A stretch of 64,000 nucleotides of DNA from Lama guanicoe (lineage: Eukaryota), in contig MU055452.1 of NCBI GenBank assembly GCA_013239625.1, positions 971,394 to 1,035,393 of the forward strand, in the 5' to 3' direction. The notes under the pieces were generated by a model. It saw only the letters and a list, made by a program, of their open reading frames with translations. It searched no databases and was not told where the DNA came from. This document shows, piece after piece, positions 51,520-64,000 of this stretch. Each line of letters begins with the position of its first letter. Within the stretch, counting starts at the first letter, position 1. The translations under genes and the position numbers were made by a program.

Positions 51520-52480
51520 GGCTGTTTGGTACAGTGGTTAAGGGCTTGGGATCTGGCTCTGAGATCCCGTGACCCGGGCTCTGTTCCAGGCTCTGCTGCT
51601 GAACAAGTGTGTGAAAATGGGCAAGTTATTTAGCTTATCTACAGCTCTCGCCATAAAGTTCTGGGGGCCGGGCATCATTCTAGGTAGATGAGATGTAGAC
51701 AGGGCACTTGAGACACAGCGTAGACTCTTAATGTTTAACTTGAGTTGGATTCACTTGCTGTACCTCACCTAGAGCAGTAGAATGTGCTTTGTAAGACAAA
51801 GAGACAAATTAGTGTTGGAGTTGCCTTCAGCCAAGAGCCTCTTCATGGACAGTGTTGGTTTCAGGCCTCAACTCCTCCCTTTCCAGCTAGGTGACTTTGG
51901 GCAAGTCTCTGATTTACTTCCCAAGGCTGTTGGAAGAAAGGATAAGTGCTTTGGACAGCATAAAGCAAATGCCATACAATGGAGCGATGTCTGTGCCAAA
52001 CAGGGGCTTCCTGGAGACAAAAACAACAACAAAAAGGCAAAAGTATGGCTTTTTAATGGTGAAATCTAAAGCACAGCCAGGCCAGAAGAGGAGGTACATG
52101 TAGAAGCAGGTGACATGCAAGTTCTGGAGGACCCAGCTTTGACGGTCTCACCTAGAGCTGATTCTGGGCTCAGCCAAAGCACCATCAGTCCTAGAGGGAG
52201 AGAACCCCATAGAAATTCAGAGTGAAGAGTTCTTGATACAATAACGTTTTCATTCAGGAAAAGCTGTGCGTGGAACTATGCCAGGTACCTACATGTTTTA
52301 TTAGTGGCTCATTTACGCTTATGACAACTCTGTAAAGCAGATGTCATTACTCCCATTTTATAGATGAGGAAACTGAAGCTCAGAGGTATGGCAAACTGCC
52401 CAAGGATATGCAGTCTATTAATGACTGTGCCAGGATTCCAACCCTGTGTGACTGGTTCCAAGGTGAAAATTACTGTCACT
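51520..52480. mobile_element. Cluster of three MIR fragments (~51520-51740, ~51850-52010, ~52250-52480)
   Basis: gggcaagttattta; gtgactttgggcaagt; cccattttatagatgaggaaactgaagctcagag. Confidence 0.65.
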
Positions 52481-52549
52481 TATTGCATGTTACAATCTTC
52501 CTCTCCTATATTATCTTATTTGACCTTATCATCAATCTCTGAGATAACA

Positions 52550-54740
52550 AATAAATCCCTGGTCGAAGTTCAGCTCACAGTGGGTCCAAGTGGTCCATCC
52601 ATGGAGCTGACTGATGGGCATTTCTGCAGTCCCAAGTGTATAATGTGAATGGATATACTTGGGAGTAAAATCCTTCATTGGTTTCTTGGGCAGGAGGGTG
52701 GGAGCTATGATGGTGGAAAAGGCCAAATGGAAGCCCCTGGAACTGCCCCCACGCATGTCATATCCCTCGGAGAATGGCAGAGACTAGTGCTGCTCTCAGC
52801 ATCCTAGAAGATGCAAGGATGGTAGTCCCCTACCAAAGCCAGATGGGTCCTGGAAGATGACAGTGAACTACCTAAACTTTAATGAAGTCACAGCCCTGAT
52901 TGCTATTTCTGAATATGGTATCCTTGCTACAGTAGATGAACAAGACCTGATCTCATAACCTAGAGAATGGGAGAAAATATTTGCAAATGATGTGATTGAC
53001 AAAGGTTTAATTTCCAGAATATATATACAGCTCATACAACCTAATAACAGAAAAACAAACAACCCAATCCATAAATGGGCAGAAANNNNNNNNNNNNNNN
53101 NNNNNNNNNNNNNNNNNNNNNNNNNNNNNNNNNNNNNNNNNNNNNNNNNNNNNNNNNNNNNNNNNNNNNNNNNNNNNNNNNNNNNNNNNNNNNNNNNNNN
53201 NNNNNNNNNNNNNNNNNNNNNNNNNATTCAAAAGTCCACAAATGATAAATACTGGAGAGGNNNNNNNNNNNNNNNNNNNNNNNNNNNNNNNNNNNNNNNN
53301 NNNNNNNNNNNNNNNNNNNNNNNNNNNNNNNNNNNNNNNNNNNNNNNNNNNNNNNNNNNNNNNNNNNNNNNNNNNNNNNNNNNNNNNNNNNNNNNNNNNN
53401 NNNNNNNNNNNNCTCTAATTCAAAAAGATACATTCACCCCAATGTTCATAGCAGCACTATTTACAATAGCCAAGACATGGAAGCAACCTAAATGTCCGTC
53501 GACAGATTACTGGATAAAGAAGCTGTGGTATATTTATACAATGAAATTCTACTCAGCCATAAAAAAATAATAAAATAATGCCATTTACAGCAACATGGAT
53601 GGACCTGGAGCATCATTCTAAGTGAAGTAAGGCAGAAAGAGAAAGAAAAATATCATATGATATCACTCATATGTGGAATCTAAACAAAGAAAAAAGAAGA
53701 CACTAATGAACTCATCTACAAAACAGAAACAGACTCCCAGACATAGTAAACAATCTTATGGTTACTGAGGGAAAGGAAGTGAGAAGGGATAAATTTGGAA
53801 GTTCGAGATTTGCAAATATTAACTACTATTTATAAAAATAGATTTTAAAAATTTCTTCTGTATAGCACAGGGAACTATATTCAATATCTTGTAATAATCT
53901 TTAATGAAAAAGAATATATGTATGTATGTATGGCTGGGACTTTATCCTGTACACCAGAAATTGACACACTGTAACTGACTATACTTCAATAAAATCATAA
54001 TCATAATCATAACTGGCAAAAGCATTTTATTTCCCCCACCATCCTTGCCAGTAAAGGGGATCAGAAATAATTCACTTTCACTTGGGAGGGACAGCAGCAC
54101 ACACTGACGCGCCTGCCAATGGCTGTTACCTCTCCTGCCCTCTGTCATACCATAGTCCATCGGGACCTGTCTCACCTGGATATCCCTCAGAGCATCCTTG
54201 TTCACTGCATTGAGGAGACCATATAATCAGAACAGAGGACCAAGAACTGACAAAGATGTTAGAGATGTTAATCAGACACATGAACTCCAGAGAGTGGAAG
54301 AAAAATCCTAGCAGGACTCGTATCCACCAGACTGGGCAAGTGTTTAGGGGTCTAATGGTGTGGGGGCATGCCAGAATATCCCCTCCGACATAAAGAACCC
54401 ATTGGAGAATTAGTGGAGAGCGTGCTCTGAGAGGATGGGGTGCCATCCTCCAAGAGGCACTAAGCACCCTGGCACCCTGAGTCAGTGGGCATTGTATGGG
54501 GCTGTGTCCCCATTAGGGGAATTCACAGTCTGGAAACCAAGCAGGGAAAGCCAGAGTGGCCCCAATCACTGTCACTTCTGAGAACCCTGGTGGAGAATTT
54601 CATGTCCCACCCCCCCCACTGTGGGTTTAGAAATTCTGGTTTCCAGAGGAGGAAATGCTTCCACTGGTGACACAGTGAGGACTCCATCAAACCCCAAGCT
54701 GCAGCTGCTGCCCAGGCACTTTGGGCTTCTCGGGCTAGAT
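52550..54740 (+). mobile_element. Second decayed ERVL internal fragment (protease, RT, then integrase end/dUTPase), split by an L1
   Basis: QLTVGP, KAKWKPLELP and DGSWKMTVNY before the L1; FTFTWEGQQHT after it; KLQLLPRHFGLL (ERVL dUTPase-like) near 54700. Confidence 0.8.
52960..53994 (+). mobile_element. 5'-truncated L1 (ORF2 C-terminus plus 3'UTR) inside ERVL pol
   Basis: [20 protein letters not shown]...KDTFTPMFIAALFTIAKTWKQPKCPS; AATAAA at 53988-53993; TCATAAC at both ends. Confidence 0.92.
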
Positions 54741-54959
54741 CTCAAGCTTGTGGGCAGCTGGAGGCAAGAAATTCATTACTTCTCCAAGTGTTTTGTGTTT
54801 CTGAACAACATAAATGGGAAGGAAGTGGGTTCACACCAACCTATGCACCCAGGTCTGAATTGCCAAAGGGCAATTCAGCTCTACCAACAGTTCTGGCTAA
54901 TTTTGGTTTTGTTCAAGGCTCTGCATTAGGCACAAAGAGAGGGGTACGAGGAAGGTCAA

Positions 54960-55425
54960 CAGTGGAGGTTAGAAAACACACGTGCAAGTTCTTTTACTTT
55001 CCTCACATAAACGATGGCGGCCAACTCCCCTTCCCTTGATGGGGCTCGCCTTTGGTTAACCGATTCTAAGCAGTAAAACACAGTGGGAACGACACCTTGA
55101 CTTCTGAGGCCAGGTCATAAAAGAAATACAGCTTCCTCCTGTCTGGCTCACTCACTTTCTCTCTCTCTCTCCCCCTCCCCCTGCTGTGAGGAGACCCAGG
55201 CCATATAGAGGGAACCTCAAGTGGGCCAACAGCCCCAGCCCAGGTCCTACGCAAAACTGGTATCAGCCACCAACCGTGTGAGTGAGGAGCCTTCAGATAA
55301 TTCCTGCCCCAGCCTCTGGCTGCCCCAGCTGTCGTCGTAAAAGTGAGCAACACAGAGGCAGTTGTCGTTTTAGCCTCTACGTTTCGGGACACTTTGTAAT
55401 GCAAGTAATAGGCAGGTGGGCACAG
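54960..55425 (+). mobile_element. MLT1F/G-like MaLR solo LTR
   Basis: gacttctgaggccaggtcataaaag...ttttagcctctacgtttcggg...tttgtaatgca. Confidence 0.7.
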
Positions 55426-58400
55426 ATACACAGACCCAGTCCTTGGAGGACAGACAAACCCACCTCTGGACAACACGCAGCTGAGCACAGTTATCTGGCA
55501 CATCCTAATGCTCCTTAGCTGCCAGATGTTTGTTCTGTTTGTTTTCAGACGGAAGAAGTCAGTTCTGAAGTGGGTTTCAGGCACCGAGTTTGAACAGAAC
55601 AACAGATGGGCAGCCCAGGCAGGGGCAGTGAAGGAAGGCCTCGAAGGGGTGAAGGCATTTGTGCCAAACCTTGGGGGATGAGGAAGAGAATTTCAGGAGC
55701 AAAGGGCAGCACCGATCACAGAGCTGGAGCTGGAAGCGGCCCTGGAGCCCCCGGTCAATCCCAGCATCCTCAGTTAAGGATTGGTGGTGAGACCCCAGAA
55801 CCCATGTTCCCCCGTGTCCTATTCTGGGAGCCTGGACGCTGCCTTAGCTGGGCAGCCACAACCATGGCTCTCGCCCAGGCAGGTGTGAGGGCTTTGATGT
55901 TTGTCCACTGGAACTGGTCCCAGGACGGACGTTTCAACAGCTTGCTCTGCAGTCCTTATCTCTAATTCTTGTCTCACTCTCCACCTTGACCCCTGCAGGG
56001 CTCAGCAATTTCTCTCACCTACTCAGTGCTTAATCAGCACTGGAGTAAATTACTCAGACTTCATCAGGCCCCCACTGATGAGCACTTCCCTCTTGTCCTC
56101 CTGCCAACATTGGGGCTGGGTCGACCAGCCTTCCCTGTGGCTTAGCAGGTAGTGGTTGAGAACCAGCTTCCCAGATGAACAGCTGCTTAGTATTCTTTTC
56201 AAGTTATAAAGGCACGATAACTGTATTACAGTAACTGTTAGACAATCAAAGAAAAAAATTAGCCGTAATTCCACCACACCACGCTGCCAGCTCATTCTGC
56301 TCATCTTTGTGTATTTTTTTCTACAACATTTTAAAAAACTTCTTAGAGTCATACTTTACATTTAATTGTAAATCCTGAGTTTTCCATTTAATGTTGTAGC
56401 ATACGCTTTTATCATAATTTTCTTTCCTAATCAATATGTAGCAGCACTGAGCACCTAAACCACATTTTCTATCATTGTTACTCCACTGTTTGCCATCTAG
56501 GTGGTTTCCAGCTTTTCCCTGTAGTAAACTTCTTCCTGCCCAGAGCTTTTCCTCAGGACAGATTCTGGGAAGAGAAATGACTGGGTCAGAAGGTGTGGGT
56601 ATCTTTTATGGTTCTAGATATGGATCCCTTGTCAAATGACCACAGTGATGTTTTTTATTTTGAATTGTGATTGTTATAGTTGATACAGTTGTTACTATGA
56701 ACGTATTAGCTGATCAATGTAGAAAAATCTGAAGAATTTGAAAGAGGCAAATAAAAATCACCCATATTTCACCGAGATAAAGATAATCATTATCAGTAAC
56801 ATGTTGGTATATTCCTTTCCTATATTTATTCTTCTTTCTGTAAGCTTGGTGTTTTTCGGTTTGTTTCAGTGCATGAGTGAATCAACATCATTCTGATGAT
56901 ATTCCAAATAAACTGGAGATCACAGTTTTCCTTGAGTATTACAGCTAAGCATGTTCCACTTTATTGCAAACTCTTCATAAATATCAAGTTTAAGAAATGC
57001 GTAATTTCCCACTGGGTAGATGCATCCTCATTTACTTGCCCATTATCCTATTTGGGGACACTTAAACTGATACCAAAATTTTGCTTTTAAAAACATTTGT
57101 CAAATAAATTTGCAAGTTATGATTTAAAAAGCAATTTGTAAGTTAGGTAAATTGAAAAATTATGGAAACTCATGACAGAAGAATTGACTAACTGGTCTTG
57201 ATTATGGAAAAGATTAAATTAAAAGCTCTTTCCTAGATTAATGGTTGGAATCTAAACAACCAAGGGTGTTTTTGATTTCTTTCAATTTTGACAATCAAAG
57301 CAAGCCCAGTGGAAAGAATCCCGATTGGGAGTTGGGACACTTGGCCTCTGGCTATGTGACCTTGGGCAAGTCACACAGCCCCTCAGGACTTGATAAAATG
57401 AGTAAAGTAGATGGTGCTGGCCCTGGCCCCCACCGCCCGGGGCTGGTTCCCTGTCCTGCGTCCACATCTTTGTTAAGAGCTCCTCAGTCCCCACTTTTGA
57501 GTTGCCACCTGCTTCCTGCCCCAGAGTCACACAGCAGCCTGGGGACATGCATTGTACAGTCCGCAGGCCCAGGGCGGGCTGGCAACAGTGCCTTAGAGCA
57601 GAAAGTGTGTTTGATGCACAAGTCATTCAAAACGGTTACGCTGCTTCTTACGTATAGACACGGAAAGATAATCAAGACTCATTACGCTGAAAGAAACAAA
57701 ATCCCGAGGGGTAGAACAAGGCGAGATAGTATGTTATTATTTATATAAAAATAAAATAGAGAGCCAGATACACATAATTAAAAATATAGAAGGAGCTCAG
57801 GACCCAGGGAGCAGCAGGGCTACATAGTGACCAGTGACAATCACAAAAATTGTGGATGCTCGTTCCCCAGATAATCACTTAACCCACACAAGGTAGCTCA
57901 CCAGAAAGGCCACCTGGTAAAGGACATATGATGTTTCAGAGTGCTTGCCAGATGCCAGGTGGAGGAAGTGAAGCCAATTTCCCCAAACACTTCCTCAGCC
58001 CCCAGGCTGACCCGTGGCTGAGACCTCACTCCCCACCCCTGCTCAGTCCCATCAACAGGCCAGTGAGGGCTGAGCACTCAGGAACTACAGCTAAAAAGAG
58101 AGACGAAAGGAGAGGGGAGGGTCAGGGATAGGGAGGGAAGGGAGTGAGAAAAAGAAAGAAACACTGGCCATCTTCTGAACAACAAGGAAGATCTTGGCAA
58201 AGTTTTGATGATATTTCATTTAGAACAAGCTTTTAAAAATTGTATGCTTTAAAGCCGTCTGCCTCTCAGATGCCTTTCTGCCTTCTAGCAGCTCAAGGGG
58301 AGGGACTGTCCTGCCTGGGATGGGACCTGAGGTCCCAGCTGGCCTGGCCTCCAGTCTCAGCCCCATCTTTCCGGCACAGCAACAGGTGGCCAGGCCCTGC

Positions 58401-59079
58401 CAGCCGCCAGCCTCCGGGAGCACTGGGCACCAGAGCCCCCATTAGTTCACCCACTGAAATGAGCCACTCCAACAACCTGACAAAGCTTTGGAGCAAGCCA
58501 CAGAAGGTGTGAAGTTCCCAGGAGGGAAGGTAAGAAGGAGTAGAGTCAATATTTTCCAGGTGTCCTTTTCTTATCTGTCAGGAGGAATCTTCAGAGACAG
58601 AGTGATTAAATTAGATGGAGCATGTGGGGAATGAACGTGAAGCAAGACGCCCTGAATAATAAGGGGAGGGGTGGAAACTGCGGGGAGTGCATGGAGTGGA
58701 GAGTCCTGCCCAGGGTGACACACGCAGCAGAAGGCAGAGGGGACCCTGGAAGACAACCAGTCTCCTAAGGCCTGAACGCCACTCACTGCTTCTGAATCTT
58801 CTGGCCATTATTTTGCCAGGCTCCTCCGTTCAAGAGGCTGGGCTGGCTGGAAGAGAATCACTTTCTTGCTCTCTCCTCCCCACCTTCTGGCTGCGGTCAG
58901 CAACTCTGAGCATCAAGCCAAGCCTGACTACAGGCCGTGATGCGCTACAGAAAATTTCTCTTCTGCCCTCCTACCTACTGCCTTGTGCCACCATCAGGAA
59001 CTGAGATGGTCAGTGTCTCCAAGTCTTTTTTATTCCTGAAAAATGACTAAGGAATCAGAGATAAAAATGTTCTTTCTAA

Positions 59080-59290
59080 TAATGGTTGATGCTTCAGAGT
59101 ACTTGCCAGGTGCCAGGCACTGTGCTCAGTGCTTTACATGTACTATCCCACCCGATGCTCACAACAACACTATCAAGTAGATGCAATTATTTATCCCCAG
59201 TTTATTGGTGAGCAAACAGGCACAGAGAGGTTAACTGACTTGCCCAAGATAACACAGCAGGCTAGATTTGAAGCCAGGCAGTCTAGGAAT
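59080..59290 (-). mobile_element. MIR SINE
   Basis: gtgccaggcactgtgctcagtgctttacatg...cagagaggttaactgacttgcccaag. Confidence 0.8.
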
Positions 59291-59636
59291 GTATTTCCTT
59301 AAGGATAGTATTGCATCTCTCTACTGATAAAACAGATCAGAGAACTCAGCATAGATCTGTGGCCAAGGGGCTCTTTAATATCTCACTCTTGAGTTGGACT
59401 GGTCTAGCCAATCAGTCTGGCCATCTGCCTGAAGGGGGTGGGGAGTGGGCCCTGGGGTACATCTCACAGAGGGAGCAGAGGACACCTGCAACCCAAGCTG
59501 CAGGATACCTAAAACCAAGGAGGCAGGTTGTCCAAGTAGGCAGAGGTGGGGTTTGAGGATCTGGCAGGCTGAGTTTCTTAATTCATTTTCTACTTTTCAC
59601 TGGTTCTGGAGAATATCCATAGATGTGCTGTGAATC

Positions 59637-59810
59637 CTGTATTTCCTCAATTCTTAAATACCATGAATGTATCTGACACCATTACTGTAGGTACCTCAAG
59701 AAAAAATGTACTATTTTCTTATTTAATCTTCTGTAAGATGCATGCATCCCAATTTCAGAAATTAATATGTGAGAAAAAAATGAGTGTCTCTGAATCAATG
59801 AAATATGGTA
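59637..59810. mobile_element. MER104-like TcMar-Tc2 MITE
   Basis: Inverted termini ctgtatttcctcaattc / gaatcaatgaaatatgg, followed by TA. Confidence 0.6.
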
Positions 59811-60289
59811 AAAGGTTTCAACATGAAATAGGTTAAGTAAACCTTTGAGCTAAACAGGTCTTTTTATTGCAGGAATTGTCAGAGCTTTTAATATGCTCAT
59901 GTGCACACTGAGTCTCCAAGAAGTAAGGAATGAGCTGTTTCCCACATGCATTGGTCCAGAGAACCTTTTCTATCTGAGTGTCCCAGAGAAGGGGCATTCT
60001 GCAGTGCCAACTCAGAAAAGGCTACTTTAAGGAAAACAGTATGTGGGAACTGAGTAATTCTGAAGAGAAAAATATCAGACACTGGAAGAGAGATCTCAGA
60101 AAGAGATGACTTTGGGGAGGGAACTGAAGTGAGGGCAAAGGCAGGAGAAAAGATGGAGAGAAACACAGGCATCTGCTGCTTAAAAAGAAGCCAAAGCTCC
60201 GCCTCAAATGAGAGGGATTGCAACTCCCCAGCCCCAAAGTGTGGGCTGGGCCTGGTGCCCTCCTCCCAAAGAGCCCTCTATGGAAAAGT

Positions 60290-60860
60290 CGGGGCGGGGA
60301 GAGAAATCTGACAAGCACCATCCCAGCCACATGATCAAGATTAATTCATCAGTGATAAGTCATGTTGATAGTTTGTACTCTTGCTAAGATGTAATGAAAA
60401 TGTCTTTCACCTTTGTGATCTTCCTCCCCGAAACACATAATCTCAGTCTAATCCTGAGAAAAATATCATACAAATCCCAATAAAAGGGCATCTCACTATA
60501 TACCTAATCAGACTCAAACTGTCAAGGTCATCAAAAGCAAGGAAAGGGAGAGAAACTCAATCAGCCAAGAGGAGCCTGAGAGACATGATAATTGACATAA
60601 TGTGGGATCCTGGACAGGATCTTGGGACAGAAAAAGGACTTTAGGTGAAAACTAAGGATATCTGAAGATGGACTTTGGTTAATAGTCACGTATTTGTGTT
60701 GCTGCATTAATTGTAACAAACGCACCATACCAACGTAAGATGTCACTAGGGGAAACTGCGTGGGGAATGGGGGCTACATGGAACTTCTCTGTACTATCTG
60801 CTTAATTTTTGTGTGAATCTAAAACTGTTCTAAAAAATAAAGTCTACTAATAAAAGAAAG
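60290..60860 (+). mobile_element. L1MC/L1MD 3'UTR fragment
   Basis: cagtgataagtcatgttgatag...gtctaatcctgagaaaa...tctgtactatctgcttaattttt; homologous to 27040-27580. Confidence 0.75.
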
Positions 60861-61451
60861 GAAGGAAAAAAAGAATCCAAGGAGATGATTATCTGCCCTG
60901 TGGGGAAAAAAAAGAAATAAAAGTGCTGCTTGAATATAAATGGAACTCACTCATTCTGATGGGGACGTTCTGTGGTTCAGGAAATCTTCCAGCTGAGCTG
61001 TCAGAAGTCCGTAGAGGAAAATGAACCAGAGGGTGGTAATGAACATGGCCATGTTTTCTGATCCAAAAATCCATTCAGGAGACCTGAAAATGTAAATGCG
61101 TTAAATCAAGACTCTTGTCAAAAATCTAAGATGGACTATTGGGTGTACTTACTACTTAAGTGGAAAAGAAACAAAAAGGCCACTAACATAGCAGTGGGAG
61201 ATTTCAACTTGGCCAAGGACAGCTGCAGAAATGTGATGAGAATGGGGAAAGGCAAATTAACATTTCAGAAAGAGAATTGGTTTGAGTTCTCAAATATTTA
61301 TCCCAACTAGACCCTGTTCCTGGTAAATATATATTGATTACTGTTCGCTTCATTCCTCTGACAAATATTTTTGAGAGTTGCGAGCACTGAGCTAAGGGAG
61401 GTCACGCAGATGAATAAAATGGGATTCTTGCCAGCCACAGAACCAGAAACT

Positions 61452-62285
61452 CTGTTTCATCAATTCTAAGACACACGTCTTGAAAACTTTTAACATCTCT
61501 GAAACTGGGGTGCTTCTCAAAGTCATTGCCCCCCAGTGGAGGTCCCAGCGTGGCAGTCATGCCTGGACGCACTTACACTTGGCCATCACTGTTCATACGG
61601 CGTCAACTTTCATTGACTTATACACATGGGTGGTTCTACCCATATGGTATCTAATTATCATTTAAAATATTGTCAAAAAGATGACAATGTGATTCAGTAT
61701 GGAAACAAAACAGTTGGCATGGGCACAGGAAGGCATGGAAATAGGGCAGCGGGGCACAAATGTAACAGCAGAGCAGCAACTGTCTGCCATTAGAGGAATG
61801 ACCACAGTTTCATATTTCCCTACAAAGGTAGAACTAAGTGCTTATGGGACTTAAGGAAGAACATAGAAGAAATAGAATTTGATTAAGCTGTTTTGTCCCT
61901 GTGAAGTGTGCAAAAGGATGGCAGACCACACACCAAGCAACGCAAGGTGCTTAGAGGAAACAGAATCCCCAGGACAGATGAAGGCAATGGGACATCTCAA
62001 CCACAAGAGCCCTGGTGAGCGGTGCCCCTGCAGCGAGGGTTGCCTTGAGAGCATTGGACATCCAAACACCAGGTGGCCCCGACACGGACTGACGTTCTAG
62101 CAAGTGCGATTCCACCAAGGAAAGTCTACAACTACGGGGCTAGTGGAAAAGGAAAATGCTAGCTTGACCTTGATATTCTACGGCGACACGCCAGAGGTGA
62201 ATTCGTGGTGTCTTTTCTCAGTTGTACATAAATAATGGTGTTTCTTAGCATGGGTGGTATCTTTGATTTGCTCGAATCTACTATG
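61452..62285 (+). mobile_element. Kanga1/MER104C-like TcMar-Tc2 DNA transposon with a transposase N-terminal remnant
   Basis: tttcatcaattctaagacacac...ttaacatctctgaaactggggtgc terminus; RHGNRAAGHK (61731-61760) resembles the Brinker-type HTH of Tc2/pogo transposases. Confidence 0.65.
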
Positions 62286-62429
62286 TGTAATGAGGGAGGA
62301 AAAGGAACAGTCTTCATGGAGGGAAAGTTACCTTCATGATAAGGTTAGCCCTGAGGAATCCAAAGGCATTAGAACTGAGGTAAAACACTGGGCACCAGTA
62401 GCCACTAAAGACACAAAAAGGAGACAACT

Positions 62430-64000
62430 GGTGCCTCCTGACCAAAGCCCACAGCCCCACCTGTGCAGTGGCCCTGCTGAAAAAATAAAACATGAGCAGA
62501 ACAGGCCTCAAGATCCAACTTCCAGTCTATAGTAAATATAGAGGGCAAAGGAACAGGACCAATGATTCGAGTTCTTCAACAAATTGTAATTTATTTAATT
62601 ATAAACACATAAGAAATAGGAAAAAATAAGAGATGGAGGATTTATTGATTAAAATGAATTTGGAAGACATATCATGGACTTCATGGTTCACTTCCAAGGA
62701 ACAGAGCAGGGAAAGGGGAAGATAGTTCATGGTGGGAAGCCTAGAGACACCACTTAACCCAGAGATGAAGGTGAACTCCACCAGTGACATCGTGTGGATG
62801 TCACCCACCCCTGAAGGGGTGTGAGGAAGTGCTCTGCTTCTGCACTGTTCTCACCAAAACCCACATCCTCGGTATGATCATGAGACAAACTCCAGACACA
62901 GCCAGATTGGGGACACTCTACAGGATACCTGCCCAGCACTCCTCAAGACTGTCAAGGTCATGATAAACAAAGGAAGACTCAAAAACTGTCATAGAGTAGA
63001 GAAGCCTAAGCAGACATGATGACTAAATCCAAGCTGGAATCTTGGAAAAGAAAAAGGATGTCAGTGGGAAAACTGGTGAATCCAAATAAAGTCTAGAGTT
63101 TAGTTAATGGTAAAGTACTGGTGTTAATTTCTTAGTTTTGATAAATGTCTCATGGTATGCAATATGTTAACATTAGAGAAACCCCGGGTGAAGAGTACAT
63201 GGGATTTCTCTGTACTGTTTCTGCAACTTTTCTATAGATATAAAATTATTCCAAAATAAACAAGTTTATTTTACAAACAAAGACAAACTAACCAAATGCA
63301 GTACAGGAACCACATTTTGATTTTGATTCAAATAACTAAACTATTAAAAATGATATTGATGAGATAATTATCAGTTTGAATATTGACTATATCTGATGCT
63401 ATTAAGGCATCTTCAGCCATTTAGGTGTAGGTGTGATGATGGCATTGTTGTTACCATATGATCAAGCAATTTCACTCTGGATATACACACAAAAGGATTG
63501 AAAACAGGGATTCAAGCAAATAGTTGTACACCCATGTTCATAGCAGCATTATTCACTACAANNNNNNNNNNNNNNNNNNNNNNNNNNNNNNNNNNNNNNN
63601 NNNNNNNNNNNNNNNNNNNNNNNNNNNNNNNNNNNNNNNNNNNNNNNNNNNNNNNNNNNNNNNNNNNNNNNNNNNNNNNNNNNNNNNNNNNNNNNNNNNN
63701 NNNNNNNNNNNNNNNNNNNNNNNNNNNNNNNNNNNNNNNNNNNNNNTTTTTGCATGGTTCCATCTATATGATGTACCTAAAATAATAAATTCTTAGAGAC
63801 AGAAAATAGAATGGTGGTTGCTCAGGGGCTGGGGCGATGGTTGTACAACAATGTAAATGTGCTTAATATCACTGAACCGTAGACTTGAAAACAGTGAAAA
63901 TGATAAATTTCATGTTATATATATTTTATCACAATAAAAAGACTCCCAATCTTTTGGAGACATATTCTGTAATGTATTGAGGATGAATGATATGATCTCT
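62430..64000 (+). mobile_element. Nested old L1 3' ends (L1ME host; L1MD-like ~62690-63275; L1MB/MC-like ~63450-63940, partly masked)
   Basis: cagcactcctcaagactgtcaaggtcat; cacccatgttcatagcagcattattcac; aaatttcatgttatatatattttatcacaataaaaa. Confidence 0.7.

Noticed and set aside
61700-62100. Functional Tc2/pogo transposase-derived gene
   Set aside because: Only a short HTH-like motif survives, with stops and frameshifts around it.
1-64000. CRISPR arrays, operons, rRNA, or exons of neighbouring genes (CDCP1, LARS2)
   Set aside because: No regularly spaced repeat-spacer units or prokaryotic gene organisation; no translation resembling those proteins was recognised.

Overview
Mammalian nuclear DNA, most likely a camelid: it carries a tRNA-Ala-derived Vic-1-type SINE and young L1 3' ends of artiodactyl type. 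The only protein-coding gene I can support is the intronless TMEM158 (RIS1), + strand, ATG at 10769, inside a CpG island, with a recognisable 3'UTR ending near 12170. The rest is intergenic DNA rich in old transposable elements: MIR, L2, L1M and young L1 copies, MLT1 and LTR16-type solo LTRs, two decayed ERVL internal regions, and hAT/Tc2 DNA transposons. Nearly all other ORFs in the track are chance, GC-driven or N-inflated. The eight N runs behave as length-preserving masks rather than assembly gaps. I see no convincing new multi-gene system. The most unusual observations are: (1) TMEM158 appears to lack its C-terminal poly-Ala tail and stop codon and reads through into its 3'UTR; (2) a PPP-containing uORF just upstream of TMEM158; (3) an L1 insertion made only of 5'UTR, flanked by a 19-bp target-site duplication; (4) a MER53 hairpin carrying a miR-1302-like 21-mer; (5) a perfect DR5 element formed by an 11-bp tandem repeat next to an NF-kB motif. 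Repeat family names and cross-species comparisons come from my recall of consensus sequences, not from a search, and boundaries of old repeats are approximate.
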